Assembly (NCBI RefSeq): GCF_006345805.1
Contig: NW_021826429.1
Span: 1-13,181, forward strand
From: Octopus sinensis
Taxonomy: Eukaryota
DNA: 13,181 bases
Direction of reading: 5' to 3'
The stretch's first letter is position 1, and each line of letters starts with the position of its first letter. The notes under the pieces are model-generated. The model saw nothing but the letters and a program-made list of their open reading frames with translations, did not search any database and had not been told where the DNA came from. The translations under genes and the position numbers were made by a program. Below are positions 8,243 through 13,181 of the stretch, piece by piece.

Positions 8243-8392
8243 TGTATGTATGTATGTATGTATGTATGTATGTATGTATGTATGTATGTATGTATGTATG
8301 TGTGTATGTGTGTGTGTGTATGTGTGTGTGTATGTTATGTATGTATGTATGTATGTATGTATGTATGTATGTATGTATGTATGTATGTATGT
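8243..8392. repeat. (TATG)n/(TG)n microsatellite
   Basis: Directly visible. Confidence 0.95.
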
Positions 8393-8937
8393 AGACAAAT
8401 TCACCAAACTTGTACATATAATTGACTAAAACAAACCGTAGCAGTAACTCACACGGCAGTTTGAAATCGACGGAAATCAAGTGTCGAAACGAGAATATTG
8501 AGGAAAAAAGAAAAAAAATATCAGTCACCTGTTTTTTAACGGACACATCATAGCAAATCCTGTAGGCTATAAATGTGGTAAACCATGTTTTAATAAACTA
8601 TATGAAAGAAACCTCCAAAATGGCGAAATAATATTGATATAGATTGCTAAAATAGCAAAATAAATAGATAAATAAAACGAAATACACCAGAATTATATTT
8701 TTATGATGCCGTCTGTTGAGTTTTTACTTTTGAAAATTGGTCACAAGGCGCCATTTTGATTTGAAACGGAGAAGTTTTGAATAGTTAAATGGAAAAATTG
8801 GAATGTCACGACCGTCAACAACAGAGGGACTCCAAATGTGATCACTTTTTAAGCTAGAAACAGCAGTCAATTATTATTATTATTATTTTTCCTATGAATA
8901 CTCTGTATATAATAGTCTGAAATTACACTACTTAAAT

Positions 8938-8966
8938 ATACATACATACATACATACATACATACA

Positions 8967-8997
<31 letters not shown>
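8938..8997. repeat. (CATA)n microsatellite
   Basis: Directly visible. Confidence 0.95.
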
Positions 8998-9002
<5 letters not shown>

Positions 9003-9220
9003 TTCAAGATGGATTGGCTGAAACGCCAATAATCTAATATTTTTTTATCCGAGCTGACTACTACAACAACAACAATCAGCAGCAGCAGAAGCAAGTCCAC
9101 TACCACCATCATCATTATCAACAATAACTACAACACATTTGCATGGCAATTTCAGAGCTTGTCAGGAAAGTCCTAAATTCTATTTTTTTCAATATCCTTT
9201 TATTATATCATTATTATTGT

Positions 9221-9445
9221 TCAGAAATATTAAATTTCTAAATGTCTCAAAGAGACATGAGCGGTGGTGGAGCGATAGAGTGGTTGTATACTGTCAACTT
9301 AACGTGACAGTCCCGTATAGGAATTACAGCACCGCTGTTTAGCCTAGGAAGCATTGAACGCTTCCTGTCGGCTTTGGCACTTTTCTGTGTCCTTTATTTG
9401 TGCACCGCTCATGTCTCTGAGACATTAGAATTTTAATATTTCTGA
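9221..9445. repeat. Foldback structure: 46/43-bp inverted arms (9221-9266, 9403-9445) enclosing a ~125-bp repeat
   Basis: tcagaaatattaaatttctaaatgtctcaaagagacatgagcggtg vs the reverse complement of the right arm, tcagaaatattaaaattctaatgtctcagagacatgagcggtg. No obvious TSD. Confidence 0.85.
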
Positions 9446-9608
9446 TTACGGTAACCAGTGAATAGATTTCACTGTAAAATATATATTTGTGAAGGCTGGA
9501 CAGGCACCTCAATTAGCATCTCACTATCCTTGGCTGGTGACGGGTAAGACCAGAAACATGCATGTCCTCAGGTGTGAATCTTGGCTGGTAGGGTGCTTGC
9601 CTCCCCTT

Positions 9609-9736
9609 CACAAATATAAGGACACTGAAAATGTGTCAAAGTCGACAGGAAGCGTTCGATGCTTCCTAGGGCTAAACAGCGGTGCTGTAATTCCCATACG
9701 GGACTGTCACGATAAGTTGACAGTATACAACCACTC
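9609..9736. repeat. ~125-bp hairpin-rich repeat, inverted copy of 9278-9402
   Basis: By-eye alignment gives 6 substitutions and 3 single-base indels. Confidence 0.9.
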
Positions 9737-9783
9737 ATTATTATTGTTGTTTCCCTTTTATTCGACGTATTATTATTATTATT

Positions 9784-10180
9784 AAGGCGGCGAGCTGGTA
9801 GAAACGTTAGCACGCCGGGCGAAATGCGTAGCCGTATTTCGTCTGCCGTTACGTTCTGAGTTCAAATTCTGCCGAGGTCGACTTTGCCTTTCATCCTTTC
9901 GGGGTCGATAAATTAAGTACAAGTTACGCACTGGGGTCGATGTAATCGAGTTAATCTGTGTGTCTGTCCTTGTTTGTCCTCTCTGTGTTTAGCTCCTTGT
10001 GGGTAGTAAAGAAATAGGTATTTCTTCTGTCGCTACGTTCTGAGTTCAAATTCCGCCGAGGTCAACTTTACCTTTCATCTTTTCGGGTCGATAAATTAAG
10101 TACCAGTAAAACACTGGGGTCAATGTAATCGATTATCCACCTCGGCCAAATTTCAGGCCTTGTGCCTATACTATAAGAAA
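9784..10180 (+). mobile_element. tRNA-derived SINE, family 2, head-to-tail dimeric form, with (ATT)n tail
   Basis: Head aaggcggcgagctggtagaaacgttagc, B box gttcaaattc (9860-9869), junction gaaataggtatttc (~10011-10024), second B box and body, tail ggccttgtgcctata. Followed by (ATT)n at 10180-10206. Confidence 0.9.
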
Positions 10181-10206
10181 TTATTATTATTATTATTATT
10201 ATTATT

Positions 10207-10752
10207 GAGTGAGAGAGCTGTGCGTGCCATCAGAGTGACACTGGGGTAAAATATACGAAGCCCAGTTTTACCCATCATGACTACCCGTCTGATAAGGGTA
10301 CACCAGGCACATGCATCAAAATCATATGTGCGCGACATGGTGATCTCATAACAAGATAAACAGCAGATGATCTTACAGGTGGTGCCCGGTTAGAATTTTC
10401 TTCTGGTCGAGTAGCCCATCCCGCTCAAAAGATCCCTGAATAAGGGTTGTTTAAGGATGTTGAACATGTTTCCAGAGGTGAATTATTCAAACCCCAAAGA
10501 ATCCCTCTGATCACACGGCTATGATGCTCCCCCACTACTTCTGCTCGTGATCAGAGATGCACATATCGTCAGCTACTAAGGGACATGGTCAACTGGTTAA
10601 GGTCAAACAACTGACAAGCAAATCTGTGATATTGAGCAGAATATTTGCTGTAGCCCATCTTTTATACCAAGACAAAATAATGTACATGATAACACTTCCA
10701 ATCAGTTAAGATCAGAAGCCACGAGAGTCACTGCCTGGTACTGCATCAGGGC
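10207..10752 (-). mobile_element. Unclassified ~540-bp element, copy B (inverted relative to 1345-1884)
   Basis: Full-length reverse complement of copy A, flanked by (ATT)n on both sides. Confidence 0.85.
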
Positions 10753-10763
10753 ATCAGCATCAT

Positions 10764-11115
<352 letters not shown>

Positions 11116-11236
11116 ATTTGTACACTCATGCACACATACGCGCACATATACCACTGTACTACAGCAGTATTCAATAAGCTACTACTCTACACTACGTTAC
11201 TACACACCTGCACCCTTACGACAACAAGAACAACAG

Positions 11237-11237
<1 letters not shown>

Positions 11238-11294
<57 letters not shown>

Positions 11295-11370
11295 ATATGC
11301 TGCTGCTACTGCTGCTGCTGCTGCTACTACTACTACTACTACTACTACTACTATTACTACTACTACTATA
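11238..11370. repeat. (ACT)n/(GCT)n microsatellite
   Basis: Directly visible. Confidence 0.95.
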
Positions 11371-11447
11371 CAACCATTCTAGTGTTCTCTAATAGTTTGG
11401 TTCTAACGAAACACGAGGAGAAACCTTATTCATATAATAATAACAAC

Positions 11448-11606
11448 AACATACAAAAGACGAAGACAGGTGGTGTAGACAACAAATAGATGTATTAGTA
11501 TAACGCTTGGGATGTGAAAAAGTCTTTAACGTTTCAAGCCTACGCTCTTCCACAGAAAGAAACACAGAAAGAAACAAAGAGAGAAAATAAAGAATATGTA
11601 GTGGCT

Positions 11607-11609
<3 letters not shown>
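11448..11609 (-). mobile_element. 162-bp repeat, copy 2, with minimal hammerhead-like motif (11523-11560, minus)
   Basis: Minus strand: TCTTT-CTGTGGA-A-GAG-cgtagg-CTT-GAAAC-GTT-AAAGA. Flanked by (AAC)n. Confidence 0.7.
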
Positions 11610-11639
<30 letters not shown>

Positions 11640-11650
11640 AACAATAATAA

Positions 11651-11818
11651 TTTCTGCTATAGGCACAAGGCCTGGAATTTTGTGGGGAGAGGGACAGTCG
11701 ATCACATCGACCCCAGTGTTCAATTGGTACTTAATTTATCGACCCCAAAAGGATGAAAGGAAAGTCGACCTCGGCCGAATTTGAACTTAGAATGTTGCGG
11801 CAGACGAAATGCCGCTAA
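11651..11818 (-). mobile_element. 5'-truncated family-2 SINE
   Basis: Minus strand: ttagcggcatttcgtctgccgc..aagttcaaattcggccgaggtcgacttt..ttcatccttttggggtcgataaattaagtacc...ggccttgtgcctatag. Confidence 0.85.
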
Positions 11819-11844
11819 CAACATTATTATTATTATTATATTAA

Positions 11845-11845
<1 letters not shown>

Positions 11846-11902
<57 letters not shown>
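11846..11902. repeat. (ACT)n microsatellite
   Basis: Directly visible. Confidence 0.95.
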
Positions 11903-11903
<1 letters not shown>

Positions 11904-12089
11904 TTTACAGACAGGTATTTAAAAATCAAGACTTGCGACTTGGCTAAAATCACAACTCCTACAAGTGACAAATGTGATAAGTGATATGCATGTGTAGCAA
12001 ATAATCTCTCTCTCTCTCTCTCTCTCACTTTTTTGTTGTATTTTCGATTGTGTAATTGCTAAAGTGTCAGTCCAGATAACATTCAGTAA

Positions 12090-12473
12090 AACGAATGTAG
12101 TTTCAGGAGAAAACAAACGTGACAGCTTAATGGAAAATGCTTACCGAAAACAACTACCTTCTAAAACAACGTTAAAATATTAGGCACTTAATAAGGGAAC
12201 AAATGCAATGTTATATCGGCATGAGCGATGACAAGTTTAAAAACCGTTTCTGTAACCATAGATCTACTTTCAGAGAGAAAAAAAAATGAAAGGAATGTAA
12301 ATATGTATGCGGCCTCTTTTTTCACTGAGTCATATATAATTTCTTAAATAGAGTTTAGTGAAAATGACGCTGAAAGTTCTAGAATTTCTCGTAAATAACT
12401 TCGCAGAGAAAACTTGTAAACTAGAAATCAGTGATAATAAAGTGAATGAAAAACCAACTTTTAGAAACGAGAC
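12090..12473 (+). mobile_element. Decayed Penelope-like retroelement, GIY-YIG endonuclease region
   Basis: CSFRRKQT*QLNGKCL (12096-; cf. CNCR.K..CPLNGKCL) and CYIGMSDDKFKNRFCNHRSTFREKKK (12209-12286; cf. YIGxT...FKxRyxnHKSSF), then KYV(C/W) and KTCKL. Stops and frameshifts are present. Confidence 0.75.
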
Positions 12474-12535
<62 letters not shown>

Positions 12536-12583
12536 TAATAATATAATAATAAAATAATAATAATAATAATAATATAATAATAA
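12474..12583. repeat. (AAT)n microsatellite (target array of the adjacent element)
   Basis: Directly visible. Confidence 0.95.
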
Positions 12584-13181
12584 TGCCCAGTCCTCGCTGA
12601 AAATGAGTATCTCATAAGACATGAAAGACTAGGGCAGTACATCCACTGGAATGCTTGTAAATACTACAAAATGAGATCCCATGATAAGTGGTACAGGCAT
12701 CATCCAGAGAATGTAGTGAATGATGAGGGTGTCACCATCTTTTGGGACTTCCCAATACAAATAGACAGAAAAATTTACTCCAAACGACCAGACATTGTGA
12801 TCAAGGACTACAACAGAGGCATTTGTCTGTTAATAGATATGTCAGTCCCACAAGATCAAAATGTTTCAAGAAAAGAATACGAAAAGCTTTCTCACTATAA
12901 AGATCTGCAAACTGAAATCATAAAAACCTGGAAGCTTAGTACTACGATAATACCAGCAGTAATTGGTGCATTGGGAATCATAAAGAAGGTAGCTGAGCAG
13001 TATATTAAGCAACTCCCTGGTAATTCCAATCTCCGTGAACTACAAAAGATAACCTTGATGGGTACAGCTCATATACCAGGGAAAGCACTCTCCATCTAAA
13101 ATGGAATAAATGTGGTAATAATTTTAGCATGCATAGCAAGACAAAAATGCCCTTGCTACTCTTGGCTACCGGAGGATGCCC
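12584..13181 (+). mobile_element. 5'-truncated R4/Dong-like RLE non-LTR retrotransposon: open frame 12584-13099 (end of the CCHC knuckle plus the restriction-like endonuclease), with 3' UTR running off the window
   Basis: CPVLAENEYLIRHERLGQYIHW...IFWDFPIQIDRKIYSKRPDIVIKD...LLIDMSVPQDQNVSRKEYEKLSHYKDL...IIPAVIGALG...GTAHI is typical of the R4/Dong-clade C-terminus. There are 171 uninterrupted codons, abutting (AAT)n. Dong elements are known to target TAA repeats. Confidence 0.9.

Noticed and set aside
8400-8870. Segment with inverted aaaatggcg / cgccatttt motifs, suggestive of a DNA-transposon derivative
   Set aside because: No terminal inverted repeats, TSD or second copy in the window, so it cannot be supported without a repeat library.
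9784-9875. tRNA gene
   Set aside because: A/B boxes are present but there is no cloverleaf, and it continues into a SINE body seen in multiple copies.

Overview
AT-rich, microsatellite-dense animal genomic DNA, most likely an octopus or other coleoid cephalopod (inferred from the tRNA-derived SINE families). The one clear host-gene feature is a 656-bp internal coding exon of a core 1 beta-1,3-galactosyltransferase (C1GALT1/T-synthase-like) gene on the minus strand (7178->6523), with canonical splice sites. The rest looks intronic and is filled with repeats. There are two tRNA-derived SINE families and a young 5'-truncated R4/Dong-like RLE retrotransposon in an (AAT)n array, plus an older relic of the same clade. 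Also present are decayed HERO-like RLE fragments, a decayed Penelope-like GIY-YIG fragment, and three hammerhead-ribozyme-like motifs. Unclassified repeats include an (AAT)n-embedded ~540-bp element (2 inverted copies), a 72-bp element (3 copies) and a hairpin-rich ~125-bp repeat, one copy of which sits inside palindromic arms. Nearly all other ORFs in the track are microsatellite artefacts. All alignments and family assignments were made by eye, without database searches.
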